The position numbers were made by a program, and so were the translations under genes. This document shows, one piece after another, positions 11,733-24,368 of a stretch of DNA of 64,000 nt. The DNA is from Octopus sinensis (taxonomy: Eukaryota). The stretch lies in the NCBI RefSeq assembly GCF_006345805.1, contig NC_043001.1:74214001-74278000 (forward strand), in the 5' to 3' direction. The notes beneath the pieces are model-generated. The model worked only from the letters and a program-made list of their open reading frames with translations. It had not been told where the DNA came from and did no database searches. Numbering within the stretch: the stretch's first letter is position 1; every line of letters starts with the position of its first letter.

Positions 11733-12489
11733 TTGTCATGGCCGGTCAGAATGACCATTTTGAAAACTTGAAGCCACCCGAGTAACTTAAACATTTTCAG
11801 CTGTAAATACATCACATACACTCACTCTGCATAGCATATTGAGTCCCTTTTTCGCGTTTGTAAAACTAAACTATACATTCATACATACACACATACATAC
11901 ATACATACATACATACATACATACATACATAGTGAAAATTAGATTGAAAATCACCGATTGTAATTAAAATAAAATAACTTTTCTTTTTTAACTAGAAAAT
12001 CTTGACAACTATGTAACCTTGTTAACTTTCTTAAGTTTGAAACATTACTAATACAAAAATTAGGAAGTGAAACAAAGAACTAGAAAAAATAAAATAAAGA
12101 AAACAGAAAAGACACACATAAACAGGAATTCCAAAGAATAGGATTGACTAGTCTAGCTAGAAATCCAATCCTAGGCAACCGAAGTAAGCTTTATGAATTG
12201 AAGGAGAAATATTTATAAAACAGTTGACATAGAAACAAACGATTACAAATTTCCTATTCCACTTCATTTTGACTAGAGTTTCAATTTACCACCATCACCG
12301 CCGCCACCACCACCACCATCATACAGAAGCAGTGAAAATATTCAGTAGACGCTAACTTATTTTCAAATAAAATGTCAACTATTTTTTTCTTCTTATTTTG
12401 TCTTCAATTCTTATGTCACCTAAACTATTGTTTGAAACAGTCAAGCAAATTCCTATAAACAACAACGAAAACATATAACGAATACTTAC

Positions 12490-12680
12490 TTGAGTTGAGG
12501 AGGATTTGTGTGACGGGGAGAAAAAAGGTCTGTCGTTGTCGCCGGCTGTCGTAGATATGACGAAAAGCTGGAAGTTTTGTTGGGACTGAACGATAACCCA
12601 CGCCACTCCCACGCCATTTCCTGACATTCAACTCCCCACCTTCAACTGTCTACAACTTTTCAAAATGGCTGCCGTATTAT
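12490..12680 (-). promoter_or_regulatory. Candidate first exon / promoter of the minus-strand gene
   Basis: Consensus donor CAA|GTAAGT at 12490/12489, locally GC-richer unique sequence, and two opposed YY1-like motifs (CGCCATTT 12612-12619; CAAAATGGCTGCC 12661-12673). Confidence 0.35.
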
Positions 12681-14091
12681 TTTTCTATCTTATCGGAAAA
12701 AAAAAAAAGAAATTTCATTGACATCAAAACAAATTCTATAATACTAATGTGAGCTTTTTTAAAAAATTTCCCTAGTATTTATTTTCACTGACTGTAATGT
12801 TGGTAAACATTGTTGAAACATTCTTTGGTTCAAGACATATGTACTTCTAACAGTTCGAAACACGACTTTATGTGAAGCAGGCGTGTTTCTGTCTAACATA
12901 TTTGCACTAAATAGACGTTATTTCAATGGAGATAAAAAAAACAACTTTAAATGCCTAAAACACGAAATTGAACATATTTGTTTAGCTTTTTGCTGTATCA
13001 TAATGACCAGTACTTTTTTTATTGTATTCGTCTATCTAGCATATCGCGACATTCAACGCATAACATGTCGTCCAAAAAGTGAACACCGACTGAAGAAGAT
13101 AGTTTCTACTCTAGTACAAACTTGTTTATATCTCAACAATGAGAGTTGAAATTCAACTCTTTGCCGATTAAAAACAATCAAACAGTATATTAAAACGACA
13201 AAAACCACGTAACTGTAATTAGGAGGCATTTGAGGGCGTGTGTTAAAACAAATGCATCGATGTAGAATCATGACAGTTATTTAAGCACACACACGTACAC
13301 ATACGCAAACACACATGAACACACATATATACATGCACACTCAAGTACACATACACTCATGTACACACACACACGCACGCACACACACATTTTTATGTAT
13401 ATATTTTATTTTGTGGAGCTGGCTGAAAGGTAGCGAGCTGGCAAAATCGTTAGGGCATCGGAAAAAAATCCCTTCCTCCCTTCCGTTCCAGGAAATCCCG
13501 CCGAGGTCAGCTTAGCTCTTAATCCCTTTAGGCTTGATAATTTTGAAGAATCAAGTACTGGGGTCGATATATCAATTAACCCAAATCCTCCCAAAACTGT
13601 TTTCCTCGTGACAAAATCAGGAATCATTATAAACTATAAAGTGTTAAAAATATTTCACTGATATAATTGTGTCTATTCAAAGCCAGCTGTTGGCCATTTC
13701 CAATAAGTAAATCTCCCCCACTGTCTACCAGAACTGGCTGACCAATGCCCGACTTACAATAAATCTATCGAAATTATGTCAGTGACAGAGTGGCATATGT
13801 ATATGTATGACGGAATTTTTTCACCATTTATAGTATGTAGAAGTTTTCAGAACTGAACCTAAAGCGAATATAACGGTATATGCGTGTTTGAGGTGACAAG
13901 TAATTGCAAATGTAAGCAATGAATTCTGTTGGTCCAAAGTCGATCTTGCATCAAAGTATCCAATATTGTAGAGGTATTCTTCCATTTGAAGATATTCTTC
14001 CATAGTCAACTTATTGAGAGAATTCACAACAAAAGACATGACTCGGGCATAATTAACAAAAAGTTATCTCCCACCTCAAATTCTACAAAAT

Positions 14092-14254
14092 GCGCAGGTA
14101 TGGCTGTGAAGTGAGAAGTTTACTTCCCAACTACATGGCTCCAGTTCAATCCCAGTGCGCGGCACCTTGGGTAAGTGCCTGCTACTCTATCCATAGGGCC
14201 GACCAATACTTTGTGAGTGAATTTCGTAGGCGGAAACTGAAAGACCCGCCCCCG

Positions 14255-14326
<72 letters not shown>

Positions 14327-14573
14327 GTGTGTGTGTGTGTATGTGCGTGCGTGCGAGTGTGTGTGTGAGTGTGTGTTTGTCTTTGTATTTGTTTGTCCGC
14401 TACCAACGCTTGACTATTCGTGTTGGTTTGCTTACGTCTCCGTAACTTATCGGTTCGGCTTAAGAGACTGATAAATTAAGTATCAGGCTGATACAAAAAA
14501 TTGGTACTTGGAATGATTCGTTTGATGAAAACCCTTCATGGCAGTAGTCTAATGACTGAAACAAGTAAAAGAT
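14092..14573 (+). mobile_element. Full-length SINE family S2
   Basis: tRNA-like head, gacggaaactgaaagaagccc-type motif, (TA)(TG)n centre, tail ...aatgactgaaacaagtaaaag. Confidence 0.8.
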
Positions 14574-15299
14574 AAATTAGTCACCAGAATGTGAAGAATT
14601 TTGGCTTAGATCTCAATATTGAGTCTCCTAATTAGATTTACTATAGCAACTCCCTGATAATCCGATGAAGAATTTTGACAAAAATGCTAGTCATTAATCC
14701 ATCTACATAATACATTCAACACAAATCACTATCAGTTGACTAAACCTAGAGAGACAGCTCTAGTTTATATTTTGTAACAGCCGAATCAGCGTAAAAAATC
14801 TAAGCTTCATCTACCATTGAACCTGAAACTATCTCCGCTCAGAGCAGTTGTCGATCGTCTATTTTAGGGGTTCTCAACCACGCCTGCGCCTAGGGTACTG
14901 TAGAATTCTTTAAATCATAGATAGTTAAATCATAGAATAGTCCACCAAAAAATGGTTGAGAACCATGGGTCTTCGTTTACAAGGTACACCCGTGATCGAC
15001 ATGAAGTTCTACTTTTCTTGAGCTCTTATAAGATCGACTAAAGGCGGCGAGATGGCAGAACCGTTAGCACGCCGGATAAAATGTTTAGCGGCATTTCGTC
15101 CGCCTCTTTGTTCTGAATGCAAAATTCAGCCTAGGTCGACATTGTCTTTCATCCTTTCGGGGTCGATAAAATATGTACCAAGTCAAATACGGGGCGGGGG
15201 GGGGGATGGTTGATGTAATCGACTTCCCTCTCCTCTCATAAACTGTTTATTAAATCGACGAACAACCCCGGATGACTTATTTGGCAAACACATTGTATC

Positions 15300-16095
15300 C
15301 ATCATCATCATCCTCACCGCTACCACCACTCCCCATTATCATCACTGCCACCACCACTCCCCATCATCATCTTCGTCATCGTCGTCGTCTTCGTCGTCAT
15401 CATCATCACATCATCATCCTCATGTTCACCACTACCATCACCATCACTATCAGCATAATCAAAATCACCCACCACTACCACCACGGTCGCCGCTATCACC
15501 GTCGTCGACGTCGTCGTCATCGCCATCAACATCATCATCGTCTTCATCATCGTTATTATCATCATCTTCACCACCATCATCACCGTCACCATTATCATAA
15601 TCAAAACCACCACCAGTACCATCACCGACACCACCATCATCGTCGTCGTCATCATCATCATCATCATCGTCATTCTCATCATCATTGCACTTAATGTTTC
15701 CATCATCCCATTTATAGTTGATATTGTTGTTTAGCTGCTATTTCTAGCAGGTCGAGTGACCTTGTAGAGACTTCTTGGTTTGTTTGTCATCCCATTTCTG
15801 ATTGGTACGACTAGAATAGTATACAGCCTGACTTGTAGACACATCATCAACATAGACACAGGCACCTGCTAGAAGATAACAACACTGATGATAATATTAA
15901 AAGGCCATTCTCACACAGTGTTGAGCATTGAAAATTCTACTCCATCTTTTCCAGGATATACCTAATTCTTTTTGACGTAAAAAGGAAACACCTGATTGAA
16001 AACTTAAACAATGGACAATAAGAATTAGGATGTTGATGATTATGGTGGTGGTGATGGTGGTGGTGTTGATGATGATGATGATAATGATGATGATA

Positions 16096-16150
<55 letters not shown>
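15300..16150. repeat. Degenerate (CAT/CAC/CGT)n tract (15300-15690) and (GAT)n tract (16036-16150)
   Basis: Direct inspection; source of the His- and Met-rich pseudo-ORFs. Confidence 0.9.
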
Positions 16151-16151
<1 letters not shown>

Positions 16152-16456
16152 AAAGGGGCTGATTGCTACCTAACTCAGATACCAGGAAACCCCAAAATGG
16201 CAGAAATTCAAAAGATAGTGCTCATGGGAACTGCTCATATCCTACGCAAAATACTTTCTATATAATCTCAAGTTTTAAAATAAACATAATTTTCGTATGG
16301 TTTTTTAGACATTCAATAGTACAACACCAAGTACAAAATCAAATATATGGCACCCTAGGCATAACACCAACATGAACTTCCAACTTGTTGTCTCTTGAGG
16401 TCTCTGGGTGAGACTTGGAGCCAACTTGTACAAATGTAAAGCAAAAGTCAAACATA

Positions 16457-16458
<2 letters not shown>
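16147..16458 (+). mobile_element. Dong/R4-like (RLE) LINE 3' end, subfamily A, with (AAT)n tail
   Basis: KGADCYLTQIPGNPKMAEIQKIVLMGTAHILRKILSI*, then 3' UTR and (AAT)n. Confidence 0.8.
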
Positions 16459-16523
<65 letters not shown>

Positions 16524-16524
<1 letters not shown>

Positions 16525-17144
16525 TCTCTGGTTGCCCAGTCCTGGCTAAGAAGGAATATATTCACAGACATGACAGAGTTGGGACCTACATACACCGGAA
16601 GCTATGCACACATTATGGAATAACAACAGAAAAAAGATGGTATAGGCACACACCAGAAAAGGTCACAGAAAACGAGAAAGCAACCATACTCTGGGATATG
16701 CCGATACACGCAGAGAAATTAAGGCCAACAGACCAGATATAGTTGTCAGAGATCATGAAGAAAAAAAATGTTTTCTAATTGATGTATCAATACCAGCAGA
16801 TGACAACATGTCTCTAAAAGAAATGGAGAAACTTTCAAAATACAAAGACCTGGAAATAGAGGTAACCAGAATGTGGAATCTAAAAACAGAAACAATTCCT
16901 ATCATAGTAGGTGCATTAGGCATGATAATAAAATATTCAGACAAATACATAACAAAAACACCAGGACTTACAAACACATATAACATACAGAAAATTGCAC
17001 TATTAGGCACTGCACACATCCTACGCAGAACACTTTCCATACAATAACCATCAGAGCATCACAACAAATCACAGCACATACCCAAGGCACACAGAGCTGC
17101 GCTCGGTAGTGAAGTGAAAGCACGCTATAAAAATAAAACTACTG
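16524..17144 (+). mobile_element. Dong/R4-like LINE 3' fragment, subfamily B (zinc-knuckle end plus RLE endonuclease)
   Basis: ISGCPVLAKKEYIHRHD..RPDIVVRD..IDVSIP..EKLSKYKDLEIE..GALG..LGTAHILRRTLSIQ*; (AAT)n on both sides. Confidence 0.88.
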
Positions 17145-17168
17145 AATAATAATAATAATAATAATAAT

Positions 17169-17224
<56 letters not shown>

Positions 17225-17240
17225 TAATAATAATAATAAT

Positions 17241-17789
17241 AGATGCAGTACCAGGCAGTGGGTCCCATGACTTCTGATCTTAACTGATTGGAAGTGTTAT
17301 CATGTACATTGTTTTGTCTTGGTACAAAAGATGGGCTACAGCAAATATTCTGCTCAATACCACAGATTTGCTTGTCAGTTGTTTGACCATAACCAGTTGA
17401 GCATGTCCCTTAGTGGCTGACGATATGTGCATCTCTGATCACGAGCAGAAGTAGTGGGGAGCATCATAGTCATGTGTTGAGAGGGATTCTTTGGGGTTTG
17501 AATAATTCACCTCTGGAAACATGGGTGGTTCTTTCAACATCCTTAAACAACCCTTATTCAGGGACCTTTTGAGCGGGATGGGCTACTCAACCTGAAGAAA
17601 ATTCTAACTGGGCCCCACCTGCAAGGTCATGTGCTGTTTATCTTGATATGAGATCACCATGTCGCGCACATATGGTTGTGATGCATGTGCCTGGTGTACC
17701 CTTATCAGACGGGTAGTCATGATGGGTATATTGGGCTTCGTATATTTTACCCCAGTGTCACTTTGATGGCATGCACTGCTCTCTCACTC
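17241..17789 (+). mobile_element. Non-coding ~550-bp repeat embedded in (AAT)n (element C)
   Basis: No long ORF; homologous copies at 51424-51820 and 37006-37190; flanked by (AAT)n. Confidence 0.75.
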
Positions 17790-17841
<52 letters not shown>

Positions 17842-18103
17842 TTTCAAAAGATTGATGTAACTCTTCACAAAGGTAAACAGACAAGACGAAGAGCATGATG
17901 CAATTGCAATAGATACTCTGTTGGGTGAACACTGACAGAACGATCTTGACTAATCGACAAGACATAATTATTAAAGACAAGGAAGAAAATACTTGTACAC
18001 TAATAGATATAAGTGTTCTCATTGATAAAAACATCGCACAACCAATAAAATATATATTGCAATCGTATCGCGCTCTTCGTCTTGTCTAATAATAATAATA
18101 ATT

Positions 18104-18660
18104 AGACTCACTAGTACGAACACCATCCTGAGCCAGTCGTTAAAGGTAAAAATGTCACTCTCCTCTGGGATTTTCCAGTCAACACTGACAGAACGATCCA
18201 GGTTAATCTGCCAGATATAATTATTAAAGACATAGAAGAAAATACTTGTACACTAATAGATGTTGATGTTCCCACTGATAAAATATATCTGTCAAGGAAT
18301 TTGACAGACTAAGTAAATATAAGGACCTGGAAATTGAAATACAAAAGATGTGGCATCTTAAAACGAGAACTGTTCCTGTTATTACAGGTGCCCTAAGTAT
18401 GATAAAAAAGGGATGTCAGAAACAGCTAGATAAGATCCCAGGAGAACCATGTCCCAGAGAAATCCAAAAGATTGTGCTGACAAGTACTGTCCACATCCTT
18501 AGAAAAATCCTATCCATTTAAATGTCTGTGTTGTATTACATGAAGATATTTCACTACCTCCCATCCTCAAGCTTTCAGTCATATTGTAACATCTCTTATC
18601 TTTCACTCGCCCCAGGACTCTGGGAGTGTCTCGGCCAATGTCTGTAACAAAGATGCATAT
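18104..18660 (+). mobile_element. Dong/R4-like LINE 3' fragment, subfamily E
   Basis: YEHHPEPVVKGKNVTLLWDFPVNTDRTI..PDIIIKD..LIDVDVP..SKYKDLEIEI..HILRKILSI*; (AAT)n on both sides. Confidence 0.85.
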
Positions 18661-18692
18661 TAATAATAATAATATAATAATAATAATAATAA

Positions 18693-18975
18693 GGAAGAGG
18701 ACTTATTGGATGCGAACACAGCGTTAGAGCAGAAGAAAACAACAAAGCATGGTATGTAAAAATGCCACAGAACCGCTATTGCTAGAAGTAAGAAGATCAG
18801 GCTTGTGTAGGATAAAAGATTGCAAAAATAAAGCACTATACAAAAAATTGAAAACGAATGAAACTGAAAATAGGAATATGAGAAGGAATATAAGAGACGC
18901 CACGACAATATAGCCAGGCTTGTCCATTGAATACTTTGCAACAAGTATGGGCTTGACAGAGCAAAAAATTGGTAC
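18693..18975 (+). mobile_element. Dong/R4-like internal fragment with deletion (subfamily F)
   Basis: GRGLIGCEHSVRAEENN..YVK joined to EYKRRHDNIARLVH..LCNKYGL..WY; fused to an S1 SINE at tggtac. Confidence 0.7.
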
Positions 18976-19520
18976 TTAATTTATCGACCCCGAAAGGAGG
19001 AAAGGCAAAGTCGACCTCGGCCGGCGAATTTGAACTCAAAACGTGATGACAGACGAAATATCGCAGTGCATTTCGTCCGGCGTGCTAACAATTCTGCCTT
19101 AATAATAATAATAATATAATAATAATTCTTTCTACTACAGGCACAAGACCTGAAATTTTGGGGGAGGAGGCCAGTCGATTAGATTGATCCCAGTACGCAA
19201 CTGGTACTTAATTTATTGACCTCCAAAAGATGAAAGGTAAAGTCGACCTCGGTGGAATTTGAACTCAGAACGTAGCGACGGGCGAAATACGCTAGGCATT
19301 TTGTCCAACGTCCTAGCGATTCTGCCAGCTTGCCACCCTAATAATAATAGTTTCAAATTTTGGCACAAGGTCATCAATTTTCAGGCAGGGCTTAAGTCTA
19401 TTACATCGACCCCGAAAGGATGAAAAGGCAAAGTTGACCTTGGTGGAATTTGTACTTAGAACATAGAGACGGACGAAATGTTGCCACGCATTTTACCTGA
19501 CGTGCTACTGATTCTGCCAG
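18976..19520 (-). mobile_element. Three tandem minus-strand S1 SINE copies
   Basis: Repeated gaaaggcaaagtcgacctcgg...tttgaactcag blocks separated by (AAT)n. Confidence 0.8.
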
Positions 19521-20432
19521 ATTACTAGAAATATTGTTGTTATTGTAGTTGCTGCTACTATTACTTTTAACAATAAAATTGACGAGCAGACAAAATAACA
19601 ATACATTCACAAAGCATTTACTCCGTCTTTATTCTCTCTGTATCCTATCGATCTTATCTCAGTATAATTAATACCAGCCATCTGCTGGGTCATGGTAATC
19701 CACTATTCCCATCTCTCTTACTTCTAAAATCGTACATAAAATTCAAATTATATAATATAATTTTTATTGTAACAAGGTCTTTATTCGTCGCTACGTTGTC
19801 GGTAAGAATATTTGTTAACCATGCACGTACTTTCTTTTAATAGTAGACTGTTATATAGTGAAAGTCTCATTAGTTACTATGGTAAGAACAGTCTACCTAT
19901 CTATCTATTTTTCACACGCACATATAATTCTAATGATATAAAGCTTTTTGTAATTTCCATTACGGTTGTTATTGCGTTTGTTATTATTATCACTATTATC
20001 GTTTACATATTAAACGTAATATTTTAAGAATAAAATACTGTTTTAATCACATTATACATGAAAAAATTTCCATTATTACTTCAAATCCTTGAGAAAAAAA
20101 TGATTAAAATAATACTAAGTAAACATAATAATACATCGTTGCGTATTTGTCCATGTCTGGGTCTGTGCGTAACAGACAGTACATGTATGTGTGCATATGT
20201 GTGTATATGTGTCTCTTTATACAGACACGTGAAAATGTCCCTTGTATCGCTTGTGTGTGAAACAAAACTCATGTTGTCTTTTTTAATGCTTTTTTTCAGC
20301 GTTCATCGTCGTCACAACTCGTATCGATGTAAAAGGTTTGTGTCAGACTAAGTATATGATGAATTATGTATGTATGTATGTATGTATGTATGTATGTATG
20401 TATGTATGTATGTATGTATGTATGTATGTTAT

Positions 20433-20515
20433 GGTCAGGTCACTTTCGAGTGCTACTGGTAACATGTAACCCAGTACAACCTGTTGCATGGTCGGGTCGC
20501 CAGCGACTAAACTGG
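20433..20515 (+). ncRNA. Candidate HDV-like ribozyme
   Basis: Elements in HDV order: P1 GGTCA(C/G), P2 CCAGT, P3 ACA (one mismatch), L3 ACCTGT, P3' TGC, P1' ATGGTC, J1/4 GG, P4 TCG-ccag-CGA, J4/2 CTAA, P2' ACTGG. Confidence 0.5.
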
Positions 20516-20990
20516 CAACCCCACCAAGCTTGCTTGGTGAGGAGGGTGTTTATTGGACACCCTGCGGGATGAAAAACAAAACCCGTCAAAGGGCGGAGGA
20601 ACTCTTGAGAGTCAACGGCCATCCAATAAATGTCTTAAGGCTGTATCATGCGCGGGGACATAGAAATAATCGGACTGAAATACCCGATCGCGTGGTTAAA
20701 CCATTGGGAGTGAAGTACTCCTAGCCTTTGTTAGGGCATCCTTCTAGGAGAAGGTAACTCGGGTAACTGGGATAACTCCGACATAAAACTGCGGCTCAGT
20801 GGTTATCGATGATGTTGACTTGTTCTTCTTTTCGGATTATGGCTGCTGTTGCTTAGTGAGTGGGATTGACTCAGTGCACAACCTTTCCTCACTTTAAAAA
20901 AGATCTTCTTGCACAGGCATCGCACGATAACAACATTGATTAAGCTTCGTGCAATGGCCATACTCGATAACGAGGGGGCAGCAACCATGT
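20433..20990 (+). mobile_element. Non-coding element resembling an RTE 5' region, inserted in (TATG)n
   Basis: GC-richer 560 bp flanked by (TATG)n; contains ctaggagaaggtaactc, similar to RTE 5' UTR motifs; begins with an HDV-like fold. Confidence 0.45.
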
Positions 20991-21199
20991 ATTTATGTAT
21001 GTATGTATGTATGTATGTATGTATGTATGTATGTATGTATGTATGTATGTATGTATGTATGTATGTACGTATATAAAGATATATCTAGGTGTTTGCTCTT
21101 ATATAAGTTAATATGTATATGTATGTATATGAAGCAACGAAGTAACACCTACCCCACTTGTTTCTGTAAACTTTTCCAAGGTATTTAACACGGTGGACT

Positions 21200-22505
21200 G
21201 AGAAACTCTTTGAAAAGTGCTAGGGACTTATGGATGGCCTGAGAAGCTTGTTAACACCATCAAAAGGACTAGGCTCAGTTGGCGAAGAATTTAGCGAAGC
21301 GCTTGCAGTCAACCATAGTGTGAATCAGGCGTGCATGCTTGCCTCTGCACTCCTCTTTCTTTAACTCGCAGCTGTGCTCGACACCTTGTGGATCAGTCTG
21401 CATAACGGGATTTTCATCCACACCAGAACAGATGGGAAACACTTCAACTTGTCTTGTCTTCGTGCTCCAAGTAAAATCAGGGAGATGTGTGTCAGGGAAC
21501 TGCTCTACACAGGTGACTCAGCGCTCGTGACCAGCAACACTGAAGACAAGCAACACATTGAGGATCGATTTTCTTGTATAGCAGACATGCTTGGCCCCAA
21601 GATCAACACGTGAAACACTGAGCTTCTCTACTAGCTTCCACATAGATGTTCTAATACATAGAGAGAGCCAGAGCCAGTGACAGTACAGGTAGAGCCCTAA
21701 AATGCACCAAGGCCTTTACCTATCTCGGCAGCGCAGTAACTTGTAACTCTTCTGACCTCGAAGTTGAGAGGTGAATACAGTCTGTCACAATGGCATTTGG
21801 CTCTCTCGAGAAGCGTCTTTGGAACTGCCATGGCACTCCCGCAGCACAAGGATAAAGGTGTACAGTACTGCAATGTTGCCTTGCTTCCTCTATGCCAGGA
21901 AATGCATGGCTCTCTATCACTGGCACATCAAGGCCCTGATACGAGTCCAACGTCGTCATCTGCGTTCCATCTCGCATATTAAATGGCAAGATTGCATTCT
22001 TGATGTAGAAGTTCTACGTCATGCTGGTAACGTTAGGGTGTAGGCACTAATTACTTCATCGCAGCTGCGCTGGGCGGAGCATGTTTCCATGACGGAGGAC
22101 GGTAGTCTCCCAAAGGCAGTTTTCTATATTGAACTGTGTCAGAGTAGGGGGAGCAATGGTGGCCAGAGGTTGCGATACAGGGATATGTTGAAGAGACATG
22201 AAGAACTCAGGCATCTCCTAAGTCACCTCGGAGGAGAAAACGATGCGGCGCGAAGAATGGCATCAATCACTGAATCTCATAATTCTAGCCATTAGAAAAA
22301 AAAAAAAAAAGAAAAGAAAAGAGAGAGAGAATACGAAAGATCACATGAGAACCGTCACTTCTCTGTTGAGTCAAGTAGCTTCACCTGCAGCAGATGTTAT
22401 CACTTCTTCAAATCAAGAGCAAACCTTGTAGCCCACATGCGAGCCTGCCAGAGATGATTACGGAACAAGAACAGTCAACGTCGATCTACGATGGACAGCC
22501 GAAGA
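21200..22505 (+). mobile_element. Decayed RTE-BovB-like LINE (RT C-terminal half and 3' end)
   Basis: GIFIHTRTDGKHFNLSCLRAPSKIREMCVRELLYTGDSALV matches the BovB-type RT region; later QLRWAEHV and PKAVFY.EL..G.R..GGQRLRYRD motifs. Confidence 0.8.
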
Positions 22506-22576
22506 AGATGTATGTATATAAGCATATATTTACATGTATATGTAGGTGTGTAAGTGTGAATACGTAAGTGTATGTG

Positions 22577-22656
<80 letters not shown>

Positions 22657-22953
22657 AACATGTATTTATATATATATATATGTGTGTCTACGAGTGTGTC
22701 AGTCTGTGTGAATATGCAAAATTATGTATATGTATACAATCATTACTCCATTCCATTAAACAGTGTCTTTCTTTTCTATATTAATAGATATGTTTTCGCT
22801 CTTTTAACAATCTAAAGGACTCCTGATTATTAAAAAATATATAAAAAATATATATAAACGCTTCGGCCAAGTGTAAATTTTGTAACTCCTATCTGTAATG
22901 GTGAATAAATAATACCAACAAATTTCCCACTCTCCTGTTTCGATACACACACA

Positions 22954-22993
<40 letters not shown>

Positions 22994-23019
22994 CACATAC
23001 ACACACACGCACACACATA

Positions 23020-23328
23020 ACTGACATACTCTCCGGTTACGACGAAGAGGGTTTCAGTTGATTCGATCACGGAACAGCTTGCTCTCAAAATTAACTTGCA
23101 AGTGGTTGAGCACTTCACAGACAAGCATACACTCAATGTAGTTCACAGGGAGATTCAGCATGACAGAGAGGTGTGACAAGGCTAGCCCCTTCAATTACAA
23201 GCACAACTCATTTTTGCCAGTTGAGTGGACTGGAGCAAAGTGTCTTGCTGGAGGACACAACGCGCCGTCGGGAATCGAACTCACGATCATGAACCGATTA
23301 CCCTATCCATTAACCCTCGCGTCTTCAC

Positions 23329-23409
<81 letters not shown>

Positions 23410-23424
23410 GGTGTGTGTGTGTGT

Positions 23425-23464
<40 letters not shown>

Positions 23465-24265
23465 CGCGACAACATGGTTACAAATTTTGGGATGGCACTT
23501 TAAAACAGAAAAGTCGACCTCGGATGAAGAAGAAAGACGAATACAATGAAATTTGAACTCATGTTAATTTGTGTACCGCTCTAACAAGTTTACTATTTGA
23601 CTGATGCTTTATTTTATCGCCTTCAGAAACACGAAAACCAAGTTGGCCTCAGCGGGATTTCAATTCGGGATATAAATAGCCTCAATATTGTGAGATATTT
23701 TGTCCGTCATTCGAATGGTCCTGCCAATCCCCGCCGTTAGTTTAATTTCTAATTTAGGCATAAGATGAACTATTTTATATACGTCGACTTCAAAAGGATT
23801 ACAGGAAAAGTTGGCCTCGGCGAAATTTGAGAGCAGAACGTAAAGAGGCAAAACAAATACAGCATTTTTGTCCAACACTTTGATAATTCTGCCAGCTCAT
23901 TCCCCTTGTTTATTTTGCTTCTAAGAATGAATATAAAAGAGGTAGCTGACGCCAGAATCAGTAGATCACTGAGGAAGAGGTTTGTGGTTTTTAGATACTG
24001 TTCTTAATATCGTGGCATCGTATCCCACCAGAAATGACTTATATACAGGCTTCAAATTTTGGCACAGGGCCAGCAGTTTCGGAGGAGGGAGTAAGTCGAT
24101 TAAATCGACCTCAGTGTCCAACTGGTACTTTTTTTTTATTGATGCCTTAAGGATGAAAGGCAAAGTCAACTTCGATGGAATTTGAACTCAGAACGTAAAG
24201 ACGGATGAAATGCCACTGAGCATTTTGCCCGATGTGCTTAACGATTCTGCCAGCGCGTCGCCTTG
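23020..24265 (-). mobile_element. Cluster of minus-strand SINEs (tRNA-headed copy 23020-23325; S1 copies 23520-24265)
   Basis: gagtggactggagcaa / ggaatcgaactcacgatc motifs and S1 body motifs. Confidence 0.7.
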
Positions 24266-24272
24266 AAGAAAC

Positions 24273-24329
<57 letters not shown>

Positions 24330-24368
24330 ACACACACACACCACACACACACACCACACACACACACA

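Noticed and set aside
11196-11821. Long ORFs rich in YI, HT, CV and MYVC repeats here and at 1753, 22546, 30948, 34639, 35330, 43067-44953 and 56490
   Set aside because: Translations of stop-free microsatellites.
13821-14039. ORF with YLYNIGYFDARSTL..LTFAIT, faintly LAGLIDADG-like
   Set aside because: 72 aa, no splice context, key glycines absent; chance resemblance.
14865-14970. ggttctcaacca / tggttgagaacc inverted pair (also cagtgtttctcaaa at 32461)
   Set aside because: Probably eroded hAT MITEs, but too short and lacking TSDs to call.
15272-15706. His-rich and Met-rich ORFs
   Set aside because: Degenerate (CAT)n tract.
17241-17440. HDV-like or hammerhead fold in element C (gatgca/tgcatc pairing; CTGACGA..GAAG)
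   Set aside because: No P3/L3 geometry and no GAAA in position.
16147-19125. Repeat-spacer pattern suggestive of CRISPR
   Set aside because: Repeats are variable-length (AAT)n and the spacers are 250-600 bp retroelement pieces; eukaryotic context with no cas genes.
20300-20335. 36-nt plus-strand micro-exon with a strong acceptor; other strong acceptors at 28562, 30711, 39669 and 61267
   Set aside because: No consistent frame or donor chain links them; pyrimidine tracts are common in this AT-rich DNA. Needs RNA-seq.
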